IMG/VR virus record: IMGVR_UViG_3300044852_000057
Location: 1-45,394 of that record
Length of the DNA stretch: 45,394 bases
Reading direction: 5' to 3' (one strand)
Source of the DNA: a virus
Taxonomy: Duplodnaviria > Caudoviricetes
Below the pieces are notes generated by a model that had not been told where the DNA came from, did no database searches, and worked only from the letters and a program-made list of their open reading frames with translations. Positions 18,529 to 28,088 of the stretch are shown here, one piece after another; within the stretch, counting starts at the first letter, position 1; the number at the start of each line of letters is the position of its first letter. The position numbers were made by a program, and so were the translations under genes.

Positions 18529-21047
18529 TGCGGGCGCTGACGCCGGATCTCGAGGCGATCCTCGTCTCGAGGTTTCAGGCTGGCGCGTCGGGGTTCCGCG
18601 GCCGGATCGAGATCGACGTTCCGATCGCCGGGACGGTCGGCGCCTGCAGCTACGTCGCTGAGGGCGGCGGGTCGCCGACCTCAGCGGATATCTGGGGCGA
18701 CTTCATCGACAACAGCCATAACTTCCACGCTGGCGGCGGCGTCCCGGCTGCGACCGTGACTGCGAGCGGCGGCGGGCTGTTCTTCAGCGACCTCACCTAC
18801 GGGACGTTCGACAACGGCAGCCAGTTCGGGATGAAGTCGAACGTGTTCGCGGATACGACGATCGAGGGACGCTGGGCGATCGATCTCGGCGCGCCGGTGT
18901 CTGTCTGCATCGCGCGGCTCGTGCCGCCAGGCTTCGGGACCTACGACTCCTCCGGCTCGCCGAGCGGGAGCAACGTCGGCCTCGACTACAGCGACGACGG
19001 GGTGACGTGGGTCAACGCGATCCCGGCCATGAACGCGACAGCCGAGTCGGTCGGGATCACCGCGCGCTACTGGTCGCTCCACAACGGTCCGTGGGTCCAC
19101 GCCGGGCTCGGCTACTACCCAGGCTGCGATATCAGCGCGCTCTGTTTCTGGACCAACGCCGTGACGCCTCCGAGCGTCGGCACCGTCGCGGTGCAGCCGA
19201 CCCGGATCTCGATCGACAAGAGCCGGAAGATGGCCGCGCAGCAGATGAGCTTCGAGGTCCTCAACGAGGACGGCGGCCATTCCCGGTTCCCGAGCCAGGA
19301 CACGTTCCTCGAGGACATGGTGGTCCGGGCGTTCGAGTGGTACGGCGACGCGGCCAACGAGGTCCTCGTGTTCACCGGTCTCACCGACAAGCTCATCGAG
19401 CATCGGGATCCGCGGAAGGTCGCGGTCACGTGTCGGTCGATGCTGAAGCGGGCGATCGTGCAGACGTTCTCGACGATCGGGCCGCAGGGCGCCGGCGAGG
19501 CGGGCGCGATTCGGACCGCGGAGAATGGCGTCTACCTCGGCCTCGAGGCCAGCGCGATCGTGACCGATATCGCCGACCGGATGGGCTGGCCAACGGCGAA
19601 GCGGGCCATCCTCCCGACGAGCTTCATGGTCGACGAGTACGTCCTCCCGGATGGCACGTCCTGGGCCGAGTGCATCGCCGGCTCGGATCGCCTAACCGCG
19701 ATGACCGGCTACGAGCTCTTCGATGATGAGGACGGCGTCCTCCATTTCGAGCCGGCTGGCAAGAGCTCGGCGGCCGACTCGGATACTCCGCAGGTGCCGG
19801 ATTACGTGTTCTCTGCCGGCGTCGACCTCATGGCGCTCGACCTCCAGGGCGACGACTACGACGTCAAGACGCGGGTCAAGGTGACCGGGCCGCTGACCAC
19901 CAACAAGCCGGCCTGGGTCGAGACCTGGCATACCAACCGGCTCCGGCGCCCGGTCGGGCTCTTCTACGATCCGGCCGATCCCACCCACCTCTACGTCCTC
20001 GATCGCTCGACGTCCAAGCTCTACAAGCTGCTCCAGAGCGACCGCTCGATCGTGAGCTCCGTGAGCTTCGCCGGCATCAGCTATCCGCTCGGCATCAGCG
20101 GCGATCCGTCGGACGCCTCGATCGTCTGGATCCTCAACGCTCCGTGGAAGTACACCGGCTCGACGTCGGGCAATTCGATCAAGAAGGTCCGGCGCTCCGA
20201 TGGCGCGACGCTCGCGACCTACGCCATCGCCAACGGCCGCTGGACGACCATCAAGGTCTCGGCGTCGTTCATTTGGCTGGCGTCCTGGGATACCGACAAG
20301 GTCCACAAGCATTCCAAGGCCGACGGCTCCTCGATCGCGTCCTACACCGTCGTCTACAACAGCGTCGCGCAGATCAACCCGACCGGCCTGGCGATCGACG
20401 GGACGACCATCCTGGCGTTCTTCTACGGGACGTCGGGCGGCAACCGGTTCCTCCTCGTCGACGAGTCCGACCCGACGACGGTCGACCCGACCAACGCGCT
20501 CGGCGTCACCTCCGGCGTCGTGTCGACGGCCGGGACCAATATCCTCGGCGGCGAGATGGATACCACCACCCACGTCGACCTCTATGCGTGCTCCGACGAT
20601 CTCGGGCTCGTCTGGAAGTTCCACCTTGTCTCGCCGGTCACCAACAACGTGTCGACCGTCGCGGCCGACCAGGAGCTCGAGGACCTGCTCGGGCTCCGGA
20701 GCCAGGCCGAGCCGCGGGTCCACGATCTGCATCCTGGCGACGCGGCGCACCCGTTCGAGATCCGGCGGATGACGCTGGCGCTGAAGCTCGTGACGTCGCT
20801 CGCGCAGGCGACCGAGTCGGCCGTCCGGCAGCTGGCGCAGGTCGACCGGTTCGCGCAGACGCTGGACGCCGGGATCGTCGGCAACCCTGGGATCCAGCTG
20901 CGCGACATGATCGCCGTCGTCGATCCTCCGTCGGGGCTCGACTCGACGCGCTACTGGCTCCTCGATACCTATCGGTCCGAGCTCGACGCGTCGGCCGGGA
21001 CGTTCGTCGGCACCGTGGCGCTGCTCCCGTGGTCGGCGGTCTACTGA
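18528..21047 (+). CDS. tail hub/baseplate protein with discoidin-like and beta-propeller-like inserts
   Basis: VFTGLTD, LFDDEDGVLHF and GNPGIQLRD hub motifs; IDLG...YSDDGVTW...ARYW discoidin-like insert; P.GL/PLGI/PTGL propeller repeats. Confidence 0.7.
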   Translation: MRALTPDLEAILVSRFQAGASGFRGRIEIDVPIAGTVGACSYVAEGGGSPTSADIWGDFIDNSHNFHAGGGVPAATVTASGGGLFFSDLTYGTFDNGSQFGMKSNVFADTTIEGRWAIDLGAPVSVCIARLVPPGFGTYDSSGSPSGSNVGLDYSDDGVTWVNAIPAMNATAESVGITARYWSLHNGPWVHAGLGYYPGCDISALCFWTNAVTPPSVGTVAVQPTRISIDKSRKMAAQQMSFEVLNEDGGHSRFPSQDTFLEDMVVRAFEWYGDAANEVLVFTGLTDKLIEHRDPRKVAVTCRSMLKRAIVQTFSTIGPQGAGEAGAIRTAENGVYLGLEASAIVTDIADRMGWPTAKRAILPTSFMVDEYVLPDGTSWAECIAGSDRLTAMTGYELFDDEDGVLHFEPAGKSSAADSDTPQVPDYVFSAGVDLMALDLQGDDYDVKTRVKVTGPLTTNKPAWVETWHTNRLRRPVGLFYDPADPTHLYVLDRSTSKLYKLLQSDRSIVSSVSFAGISYPLGISGDPSDASIVWILNAPWKYTGSTSGNSIKKVRRSDGATLATYAIANGRWTTIKVSASFIWLASWDTDKVHKHSKADGSSIASYTVVYNSVAQINPTGLAIDGTTILAFFYGTSGGNRFLLVDESDPTTVDPTNALGVTSGVVSTAGTNILGGEMDTTTHVDLYACSDDLGLVWKFHLVSPVTNNVSTVAADQELEDLLGLRSQAEPRVHDLHPGDAAHPFEIRRMTLALKLVTSLAQATESAVRQLAQVDRFAQTLDAGIVGNPGIQLRDMIAVVDPPSGLDSTRYWLLDTYRSELDASAGTFVGTVALLPWSAVY

Positions 21048-21412
21048 TGAGCGTCCGGACCTACATCGTCGAGAGCCTGCTGCCGGGCGGGACCGGCTCG
21101 AGCTCGGGCGGGACGATCGGCGGCGGCGACGTGCTCCTCGACGTCGCGCAGCATGAGCACGACGGCGCGAGCCATACCGGGCTGCTCCCGATCGAGCGGA
21201 TCTCGACGGCCGAGCTCGATACTACGATGGTCGCCGGACCGGATGGGACGGGCGGGCTCACGTTCCGGGCCGGCTCCGCCGACGCGATGGTCCCGTTCTA
21301 TATCCCGGTCGCCTCGACGTTTCGCGTCCCTGTGGATCGTCAGGCGCTCTACCATCACCCCATCGTCGTCGACGGCGCACTCGTCGTCGACGGCCTTCTG
21401 ATCGGAGTCTGA
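21047..21412 (+). CDS. minor tail protein
   Basis: TGATG coupling; C-terminal [11 protein letters not shown] beta motif. Confidence 0.6.
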   Translation: MSVRTYIVESLLPGGTGSSSGGTIGGGDVLLDVAQHEHDGASHTGLLPIERISTAELDTTMVAGPDGTGGLTFRAGSADAMVPFYIPVASTFRVPVDRQALYHHPIVVDGALVVDGLLIGV

Positions 21413-21416
21413 CGAC

Positions 21417-22523
21417 ATGGCGAGCGGCGGCTGGATCGCGCTCCCGGCGAAGGCCGAGGCGGACATCGACACGGCGGACGCCGGCTACGTCAACGTGTTC
21501 TCGGACGCCGACGACAGCGCCAAGCCGGCCTACAAGGACGAGCTCGGCGCTGTTACGTCCCTCCGCGGCTCTACCGGAGGCACCGGTCCGACGGGCGCTA
21601 CCGGTCCGACGGGCGCTACCGGTCCGACGGGCTCGACGGGTGGCACCGGGCCGACCGGGCCGGCGTTCGATGACGTCCAAGCGCACGGCAACGCGGGAGC
21701 CGCGGAAACCTTCGACGTCTCGCTCGCTAACTTCCACACCGCGACGCTCGACGTGAATTGCACGGCAACCTTCGCCGGCGCCGTCAACGGGATCCTCTCC
21801 GTCATGGGGCTGCGCCTCAAGCAGCCGGCCGCCGGCGGACCGACGACGATGACCTGGCCGGGTTCGGTCGTCTGGCCGGATGGCGTCGCGCCGACGCTCC
21901 AGACCGGCGCGAACCTGGTCGATGAGCTCAGCTTCGACACGACCGACGGAGGGACAATCTGGTACGGCCACTATGACCGGCCCGGCCCGACTGGCGCGAC
22001 GGGGCCTACCGGTGTAGCGGGCCCGACCGGACCGACCGGACCGTCCGGCGCCGCGAGCGCCACGGGTTCCACCGGGCCGACCGGTCCGACCGGCCCGACC
22101 GGGCCGACGGGCTCCGGCGCCACCGGGCCGACGGGCCCGACGGGGCCGACGAGCCTCACGACGGCGGACGCCGGCCTCGGCGCCAACGTGGCCGTCGGCG
22201 GCTCTGCCTACACGGACATCATCAGCCTCGCGCTCGGGGCTGGGACGTGGGACGTCTGGGCCTACGCTGACATGGCCGGAGGCGGGACCGGCGGGCAGTA
22301 CTACATCGCGATCACGACCAACGGGAACGCGCAACTCGCACAGTCGTCGGCGAGCTTCGTCGCGAGTCAGGATCAAACGGTCCCGATCTTCGCGCCCGGC
22401 GTGGCGGGCTCTCAGACGATCAAGCTCCGCGTGTTCTCCACGCAAAACGCCAACGCGCAGGGCACCACAGCTATCGGCTCGCCCGGCGGCGGCTCGAAGA
22501 TCCACGCGCTGCGGATCGCCTGA
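21417..22523 (+). CDS. collagen-like tail fibre protein
   Basis: two GPT/GAT repeat tracts flanking a TWP..V.WP.G.AP beta domain. Confidence 0.8.
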   Translation: MASGGWIALPAKAEADIDTADAGYVNVFSDADDSAKPAYKDELGAVTSLRGSTGGTGPTGATGPTGATGPTGSTGGTGPTGPAFDDVQAHGNAGAAETFDVSLANFHTATLDVNCTATFAGAVNGILSVMGLRLKQPAAGGPTTMTWPGSVVWPDGVAPTLQTGANLVDELSFDTTDGGTIWYGHYDRPGPTGATGPTGVAGPTGPTGPSGAASATGSTGPTGPTGPTGPTGSGATGPTGPTGPTSLTTADAGLGANVAVGGSAYTDIISLALGAGTWDVWAYADMAGGGTGGQYYIAITTNGNAQLAQSSASFVASQDQTVPIFAPGVAGSQTIKLRVFSTQNANAQGTTAIGSPGGGSKIHALRIA

Positions 22524-22586
22524 CCCGTGATCGCAGCGCGCTTCCTCCCTAACCAGATCGGCGGCCGGTACTCGGCAGGAGAAGAT

Positions 22587-23486
22587 ATGGGCACCTACAA
22601 CGCGATCATCGCCGCGAGCGACACGGCCGCCGCGCTCAAGCTCACGGCTACCGCGATCTGCGACGGGACGGCCGACGAGGTCGAGATCAACGCGGCGATC
22701 GCGGCCGGCGTCGGCGTCCCGTACTCGATCCTCCTCCTCCCTGGGACCTATAACATCGCGGCGGCCGTTGACTTTACGGCGCTGACCGCGGCCGGCGGCG
22801 TCTGGATGACCTTCGAAGCGTCCGGATCGGTCATCAAGGCAGCCGCCAACATGGCGACGATGATCAAGCTCGATCCTGGCGCGGGCGGCCAGATCGTGAC
22901 GTGCGCGGATATCCGGCTCGGCAAGCTCGACGGCAACGCGAGCGGCGGCAAGGCCGTCACGCAGGTCGTCAACATGGCCCGCTTCAACGACAACGTCCTC
23001 CGGATCGTCGACATCTTCGACGGCTCCGGGGACGCCTTCCGGGTCAACATGACCGGCGTCGCCGACTTCCCCAACGGCAATAACCTCATCACGATCGGGA
23101 TCATCCACAACTTCGGCGGCACCGGCTTCTACGTGACGGGCGCGTCCGGGACGTACAACTTCCAGGGCAATACCGTCACCGTCGGAGAGGTGATCGCCTG
23201 CAATAACGGGTTCGTAATCGGCGGCGCTGCGAACGACGGGGCGAACTACAACCGCTTCAACCTCGGCGTCGTCGAGCACAACACCCACGCTGGCGTCTAC
23301 GACTATTGCGGCGGGAATATTTGGCTGATCGGCAACACGAACAGCAACGGCGACGAGGGCCTCGGCGCTCCGGCTGGCGTCACGCTCCGGTCGACGATCA
23401 TCACGAACACGACGGACACGATCGTCGCTGCCGTAACCGGGCAGTATTACGTGCTCAACAACGGGCATGTCGTGGGCCAGACGTGA
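22587..23486 (+). CDS. beta-helix (pectin lyase-like) tailspike / depolymerase candidate
   Basis: AGGAG RBS, ATG 22587; CDGTADEVEINAAI, LLPGTYNI, LDGN motifs; Asn/Gly-rich. Confidence 0.7.
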   Translation: MGTYNAIIAASDTAAALKLTATAICDGTADEVEINAAIAAGVGVPYSILLLPGTYNIAAAVDFTALTAAGGVWMTFEASGSVIKAAANMATMIKLDPGAGGQIVTCADIRLGKLDGNASGGKAVTQVVNMARFNDNVLRIVDIFDGSGDAFRVNMTGVADFPNGNNLITIGIIHNFGGTGFYVTGASGTYNFQGNTVTVGEVIACNNGFVIGGAANDGANYNRFNLGVVEHNTHAGVYDYCGGNIWLIGNTNSNGDEGLGAPAGVTLRSTIITNTTDTIVAAVTGQYYVLNNGHVVGQT

Positions 23487-24532
23487 CCTACGGGCTGGTC
23501 GCGATCGTCAAGGACGAGGCCGAGCGGATCGACCGTTTCGTGGAGTCGGTCCGCCCGCTGATCTCGGCGTGGACGATCGTCGACACGGGATCGACCGACG
23601 GGAGCCCGGAGCTCATCCGCAACGGCCTCGCCGGGATCCAGGGTCGGCTCCTCGAGGCGCCGTTCGTCGACTTCGGGACGACTCGCTCGATCGCGTTCGC
23701 CGCGGCGCGCGGGACGGCCGACTGGCTGCTCGCGCTGGACGCCGACATGACGGTCGAGATCGACGCCGAGTTCGAGCCGGATCCCGACGTCGCGGCCTAC
23801 CTCATCCGAATGGGCGACGAGGCGTTCGAGTACCGATTGCCGCTGGTCCTCCGGGGCGATCTCCCCTGGATCAGCCGCGGCGCCGTCCACGAGTACACGT
23901 GCCTCGAGGACGGGTCGCTCGGCCGGCGCGAGCCGACGGACGCCATCCGGATCCGCAACAGCGGCGCGGACCGCTCGAGCCCGGCCAAGACGCGCTGGCA
24001 GGCCGAGCTCCTCGAGGCCGAGCTCGTGCGGGAGCCGGACAATCCTCGGACTACGTTCTACGTGGCACAGACGCTCCGCGAGATCGGCGATGCGCGATCC
24101 CTCGAGCGGGCGGCGGTGCTCTATCGGCGCCGGGCCGAGATGGGCGGTTGGATCGAGGAGTCCTGGTATGCGCGGTTCCGCGCGGCGCTCCTCGAGGTCG
24201 ACTGGCCGGCGCGCCTAGCGGCGCTCCTCGCGGCCTGGGACGCGCGACCGGCGCGGCTCGAGCCGCTCTACCACGTCCTCCGCGAGCTCAACGCTCGGGA
24301 CCAGCACGCCACGGCCTACGCACTCGCGCGGTCGGTCGACCCGTCGTCGCGGCCGGCCGACATTCTGTTCGTCGAGCCGTGGATCTGGACCTACGGCATC
24401 GCGTTCGAGCGGAGCGTCGCGGCCTGGTGGCTCGGCCGGCGCGACGAGTTCGCGCGACTGACGGCCGAGCTCCTCGAGCTCCCGCTGACGCCGGCGATCC
24501 GGGCGGCCGTGGAAGCGAACGCGGCGGCGTGA
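23483..24532 (+). CDS. family 2 glycosyltransferase with TPR-like C-terminus
   Basis: IVKDEAE.I, IVDTGSTDGS, LALDAD (DxD), GAVHE, PDNPRTTFYVAQT motifs. Confidence 0.9.
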   Translation: MTYGLVAIVKDEAERIDRFVESVRPLISAWTIVDTGSTDGSPELIRNGLAGIQGRLLEAPFVDFGTTRSIAFAAARGTADWLLALDADMTVEIDAEFEPDPDVAAYLIRMGDEAFEYRLPLVLRGDLPWISRGAVHEYTCLEDGSLGRREPTDAIRIRNSGADRSSPAKTRWQAELLEAELVREPDNPRTTFYVAQTLREIGDARSLERAAVLYRRRAEMGGWIEESWYARFRAALLEVDWPARLAALLAAWDARPARLEPLYHVLRELNARDQHATAYALARSVDPSSRPADILFVEPWIWTYGIAFERSVAAWWLGRRDEFARLTAELLELPLTPAIRAAVEANAAA

Positions 24533-24738
24533 ATATCCCACCCGAGGTGCTCCTCGCCGCGATCGGCGCGCTGGCGTCGGTCGTCGCGTTCCTGGGCCGC
24601 GACCTCATCAAGCAGAGAGATTCGGCAGTTGCCGGGTGGATGGCGCAGACGGACGCTAATCGACTGATGGCGGAGGGGATCCGGGAGGCGAACCTCGAGC
24701 GGCGCGAACGCCATCGGCTCGGAGAGGAGGCACGATGA
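24529..24738 (+). CDS. small single-TM coiled-coil protein (lysis region)
   Basis: GTGA coupling; N-terminal TM. Confidence 0.55.
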   Translation: MNIPPEVLLAAIGALASVVAFLGRDLIKQRDSAVAGWMAQTDANRLMAEGIREANLERRERHRLGEEAR

Positions 24739-24914
24739 TGCTCCTCGAGCGGATCCGCGCGATTGTCCGTGAGGTCGGTCGGGCTGTCCGGCCGCCGGTT
24801 CTCGTCCATCAGCAGCGGGTCAGCGACGCTACCCTCATCCTCATCCAGCGGGAGCTCGAGGAGCTCCGACGGCTGGAGCATCTAGCGCGGCGAGGCCACA
24901 GGAGGTCCAGGTGA
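24735..24914 (+). CDS. small hypothetical protein (59 aa)
   Basis: GAGGAGG RBS; ATGA and GTGA overlaps at both ends. Confidence 0.5.
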   Translation: MMLLERIRAIVREVGRAVRPPVLVHQQRVSDATLILIQRELEELRRLEHLARRGHRRSR

Positions 24915-25249
24915 GCCCGTTCTACGCGGTCCTGTCGTTCCTCCTCATCGCGCTCTGGCCGATATCGGTCGGGTCGGCCGCGTTCATTTGGCGCCTCTAC
25001 CGCGAGGACCGCCAGGACGGTCGACGCGCGCGACTCCGGCTTTCGCTCGTCCTGGCGGCGACGGGCAGCGCGGGCGCGGCGGTCCAGAGCTTCCTCGCGC
25101 TGGTGACAATCCTCGCGCTCATGGGACGCGGCAACATCGTCCGCGGGCTCCTCCCGGCGGTATTCGCGAGCTTCATCGTCTTGGGCCTGATCCCGATCAC
25201 GAACGCGGCCTACCTTCGGTGGTTGCGCTCGCGGGCTCGCGGCGAGTAG
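24911..25249 (+). CDS. three-TM membrane protein (holin-like)
   Basis: three hydrophobic segments, basic C-terminus; before lysin. Confidence 0.55.
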   Translation: MSPFYAVLSFLLIALWPISVGSAAFIWRLYREDRQDGRRARLRLSLVLAATGSAGAAVQSFLALVTILALMGRGNIVRGLLPAVFASFIVLGLIPITNAAYLRWLRSRARGE

Positions 25250-25285
25250 GCTCCGCGCGACCACCCACACGCAGAGGAGGCTCCC

Positions 25286-26278
25286 GTGCCGACCGATCCC
25301 GACGAGATCGTCCTGACCAACCCGGATGACGGCAGCGAGGCGCCGTTCGGCCTCGGCTCGCTCCACAGCCCACCCGACCCGAAGGACTGGACGGTCGACG
25401 CGCTCTTCGCGCTGTCCGGGCTCGACATGGCCGTCGCTCCGCCGGCGAGCTTCACGTCGCCGTCGCCGTTTCCGCCGATCCTCAACCAGGGCAAGACCGG
25501 GCGCTGCGTCGCGTTCTCCCTGTCGCGGATCAAGGCCTACCAGGACCTCCGCGACACCGGCGCCGTCGACCTCGACGAGGCAACGTTCTTCTTCTCGATC
25601 GGTGGCACCGATGCGACCGGCGCCGTCCCGCGCGTCGGGCTCGAGAAGCTCCGGATGTCGGGCTATCCCGTCGTCGGCAACGCCGGCGCGGCGAGCCTGC
25701 ACCGGATCGACAGCTACTACGCCATCCCGGTCGTTCGCGTCGCGCTCGAGAGCGCGATTGCCACCTTCGGGCCGATCGAGCTATCCGTCGTCTGGCCGTG
25801 GTCGTGGTTCTCACCGGTCAATGGCGTCCTCCCGAAGCCCGGTGCGATCGCCGGCGGCCACGCGATCACGGCGGTCGGCTACACGACCGTCGGGCTGCTC
25901 CTCGACAATTCGTGGGGGCTCGGGTTCGGCCTGTCCGGCCGGGTCACGCTCCCGTGGGCCTACCTCGGCCAAGTGCGCGAGGCGTGGAAGGCGATGGATC
26001 ACCTCGATCCCAAGCCGGCTCCGCCGAAGGGGTTCCGGCTGTCGATCGCGGCCTACGCCAAGGTCGTGCACTACGCGCTCGTCGGCGGCAAGCTCACCGA
26101 CCAGCGGACGTATCCCTGGGGGAAGTCGCCGAGCGGCGCACCGTGCGGGCCGGCGGCTCCGCATCCGGGCGCCGTCCGCGGGTCGGCGATCGTCGCGCCG
26201 GTGCCGAAGGTCGGCGGCGGCGTATTCGCAGGGCGATGGGTCCGAATCGGTTCGGGCGTCACAATCCACGCCGTCTAA
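25286..26278 (+). CDS. papain-like (C1) cysteine peptidase, putative lysin
   Basis: NQGKTGRCVAFS (Q, C), GGHAITAVGY (H), NSWG (N) catalytic motifs; between membrane proteins. Confidence 0.85.
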   Translation: MPTDPDEIVLTNPDDGSEAPFGLGSLHSPPDPKDWTVDALFALSGLDMAVAPPASFTSPSPFPPILNQGKTGRCVAFSLSRIKAYQDLRDTGAVDLDEATFFFSIGGTDATGAVPRVGLEKLRMSGYPVVGNAGAASLHRIDSYYAIPVVRVALESAIATFGPIELSVVWPWSWFSPVNGVLPKPGAIAGGHAITAVGYTTVGLLLDNSWGLGFGLSGRVTLPWAYLGQVREAWKAMDHLDPKPAPPKGFRLSIAAYAKVVHYALVGGKLTDQRTYPWGKSPSGAPCGPAAPHPGAVRGSAIVAPVPKVGGGVFAGRWVRIGSGVTIHAV

Positions 26279-26293
26279 GCAAGGAGGCCATTC

Positions 26294-26689
26294 GTGGTCG
26301 TAACGCTGCCGGATTTCACCGGCCTGTCACTCGTCGCGTTCATCACGCTGCTGGTCATTCTGTCGGCGGCCGACATGCTCTGGAATTCGCTCCTCGCGAT
26401 CGTCCACAAGAACTTCTCGAGCGCCTACGTTGCCGACTTCCTCGTGTCGCATGTGGCGATGCGGGTCGGGCCGATCGCGTTCCTCGAGATCCTCGGCAAC
26501 GGGATCCCGGCAGCCGGGCTCCCGGCGATCCCGGCGGTCTCGGCCGTCGCGGTCCTCGGCCTGGGCGCCTATTTTGTCGAGACCGTGGGCTCGCTCGTGA
26601 CAGCGACCAGGACGACGGTGCCGATCACCACGGATCCGTCCGCACCGGCCGTCGGCGCGACTCCTCCGGCTCCGCCGGCGGGCGGCTGA
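26294..26689 (+). CDS. holin-like membrane protein
   Basis: AAGGAGG RBS; hydrophobic segments; D.L...L.AI..KNFSS pattern of phage holins. Confidence 0.7.
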   Translation: MVVTLPDFTGLSLVAFITLLVILSAADMLWNSLLAIVHKNFSSAYVADFLVSHVAMRVGPIAFLEILGNGIPAAGLPAIPAVSAVAVLGLGAYFVETVGSLVTATRTTVPITTDPSAPAVGATPPAPPAGG

Positions 26690-26780
26690 TCGAAGGCGCG
26701 GCGCATATATCGGGTTGACGGGTCGGCTACCGTTTCGTCGGGCGTTCCCGTTCCTCCGGGGCGGCCGGTGGTAGGTGTCT

Positions 26781-26816
26781 GAAGAGCCGGGCTGCAGCGA
26801 TGCGGTCCGGCTCTTC
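26781..26816. terminator. strong hairpin ending the late operon
   Basis: GAAGAGCCGG-GCTGCA-GCGA-TGCGGT-CCGGCTCTTC. Confidence 0.65.
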
Positions 26817-26848
26817 GGCGTAGATGCGCGGGTCGTGCACGTTCCGAC

Positions 26849-26878
26849 TTGACACGGGGCGTTATACAGGCGTACGGT
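26849..26878 (+). promoter_or_regulatory. sigma70-type promoter for early operon
   Basis: TTGACA-N18-TACGGT, ATG 9 nt downstream. Confidence 0.5.
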
Positions 26879-26887
26879 CCCGCTCCA

Positions 26888-27112
26888 ATGGACGCAGCCA
26901 CCGAGTTTCGCAGCCGTCGCGAGGCGATCGCCGGGCAACCGGCGGTCTCGCTCCGCGAGGTCGCTCGCCGGTCCGGTCTCAATCCCGGCCGGCTGTCGAT
27001 CATCGAGCGCGGCGTCGAGCCGACCTGGGCCGAGCGCGTCCTCATCGACAAGGCGCTCGGCGAGCTCGAGCTCGAGCGGGCGCAGGCCATCCTCGAGGCG
27101 TCGCGGGCATGA
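26888..27112 (+). CDS. Cro-like XRE HTH regulator
   Basis: SLREVARRSGLNPGRLSIIERG. Confidence 0.85.
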   Translation: MDAATEFRSRREAIAGQPAVSLREVARRSGLNPGRLSIIERGVEPTWAERVLIDKALGELELERAQAILEASRA

Positions 27113-27483
27113 CCGCCGACGCTCCCTGCTGTCTCGGGCGCAGCTGTCCGCGCTGTCGGCCGGGCCGCTGATGGGCGTCTGGACGGTCCCGGATCCCGCG
27201 AGCCAGATGGCCGGCGTCCTCATCGTGGCGCTCGGGCTGGCGCTGATGCTTCTCATGCTCACCGCGGCGTCCGGGCGGCCGCGGCCGTGATCCTGCTCCT
27301 CGGCATCGGGCTCGGCTGCCTCGTGCTCGCGCTCGGCGGGCTCGTCGCGCCGCTCCTCGAGCGGATCGAGCTCCCATGATCGGTTGGCTGCTCTGCAGGC
27401 TCGGTCGACACGACGGCGGCGTCGCCGTCGGGCATCTCGTGCTCTGCCGGCGCTCGGGCTGCCGGTTCTATCTCCGGCGCTGA
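27109..27483 (+). CDS. four coupled micro-ORFs (27109-27171, 27171-27290, 27287-27379, 27376-27483)
   Basis: ATGA/TGATG/GTGA overlaps; two Cys-rich and two single-TM peptides. Confidence 0.55.
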
Positions 27484-27552
27484 CTCAGAGACCCCACGCT
27501 CACTCCGGCTCCCGTCTACCACCGGGGCCCGGCTCTTGGAGGACCGCTGCTC

Positions 27553-27765
27553 ATGGCTCATGTCTCTTCGACGCCACCGGAACGCTCTGGCGTCGATCGC
27601 GCCGCTGGCATCGACCAGACCGTGCTGCAGCTAGTGATGCCGCTCGAGGAGGCACGCGAGGTTCTCCGAGATATCGAGGCGGTGCTCGGGCCGACTGACG
27701 GGTTCGACTCCCTGGCACGGCTCCGGGACGCGCTGATCCTGGCGCTCCGGAGGCGGGCCCGATGA
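27553..27765 (+). CDS. hypothetical protein
   Basis: GGAGG RBS. Confidence 0.55.
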   Translation: MAHVSSTPPERSGVDRAAGIDQTVLQLVMPLEEAREVLRDIEAVLGPTDGFDSLARLRDALILALRRRAR

Positions 27766-28088
27766 GCGCCGACTGGACGGCCGTCGACGGCCGGGCGAAT
27801 TCCTCGCCGGCATTCGTGGCGCTCGTCGACGAGGTCGCGCGGCTGATCCGATCGCAGGCGCACACGCTGATTGCCGGCGATGCCGAGAGCGTGGCGCGGC
27901 TGGTCCTCGCGCAGCTGGCGCGCGTCCACGGGCTGCGTCCATCGGCCGACCTCGAGGCGCTGGCCGCCGAGCGGCACCATCTCGGGTTTGCGATCGACAG
28001 CCGGACGGGCACCTACTCGACCGAGTCGGTCCTCGTGAAGCGCGACTGGTATATCCGGCTCATGCTCCTGATCGGGAGCGCCGAATGA
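27762..28088 (+). CDS. hypothetical protein
   Basis: ATGA coupling on both sides. Confidence 0.55.
   Translation: MSADWTAVDGRANSSPAFVALVDEVARLIRSQAHTLIAGDAESVARLVLAQLARVHGLRPSADLEALAAERHHLGFAIDSRTGTYSTESVLVKRDWYIRLMLLIGSAE

Noticed and set aside
1315-23468. Many long minus-strand ORFs (1315-3132, 5300-7153, 8724-10631, 13621-15135, 21258-23468)
   Set aside because: Antisense shadows of recognisable + strand genes in high-GC DNA; Arg/Gly-rich with no motifs
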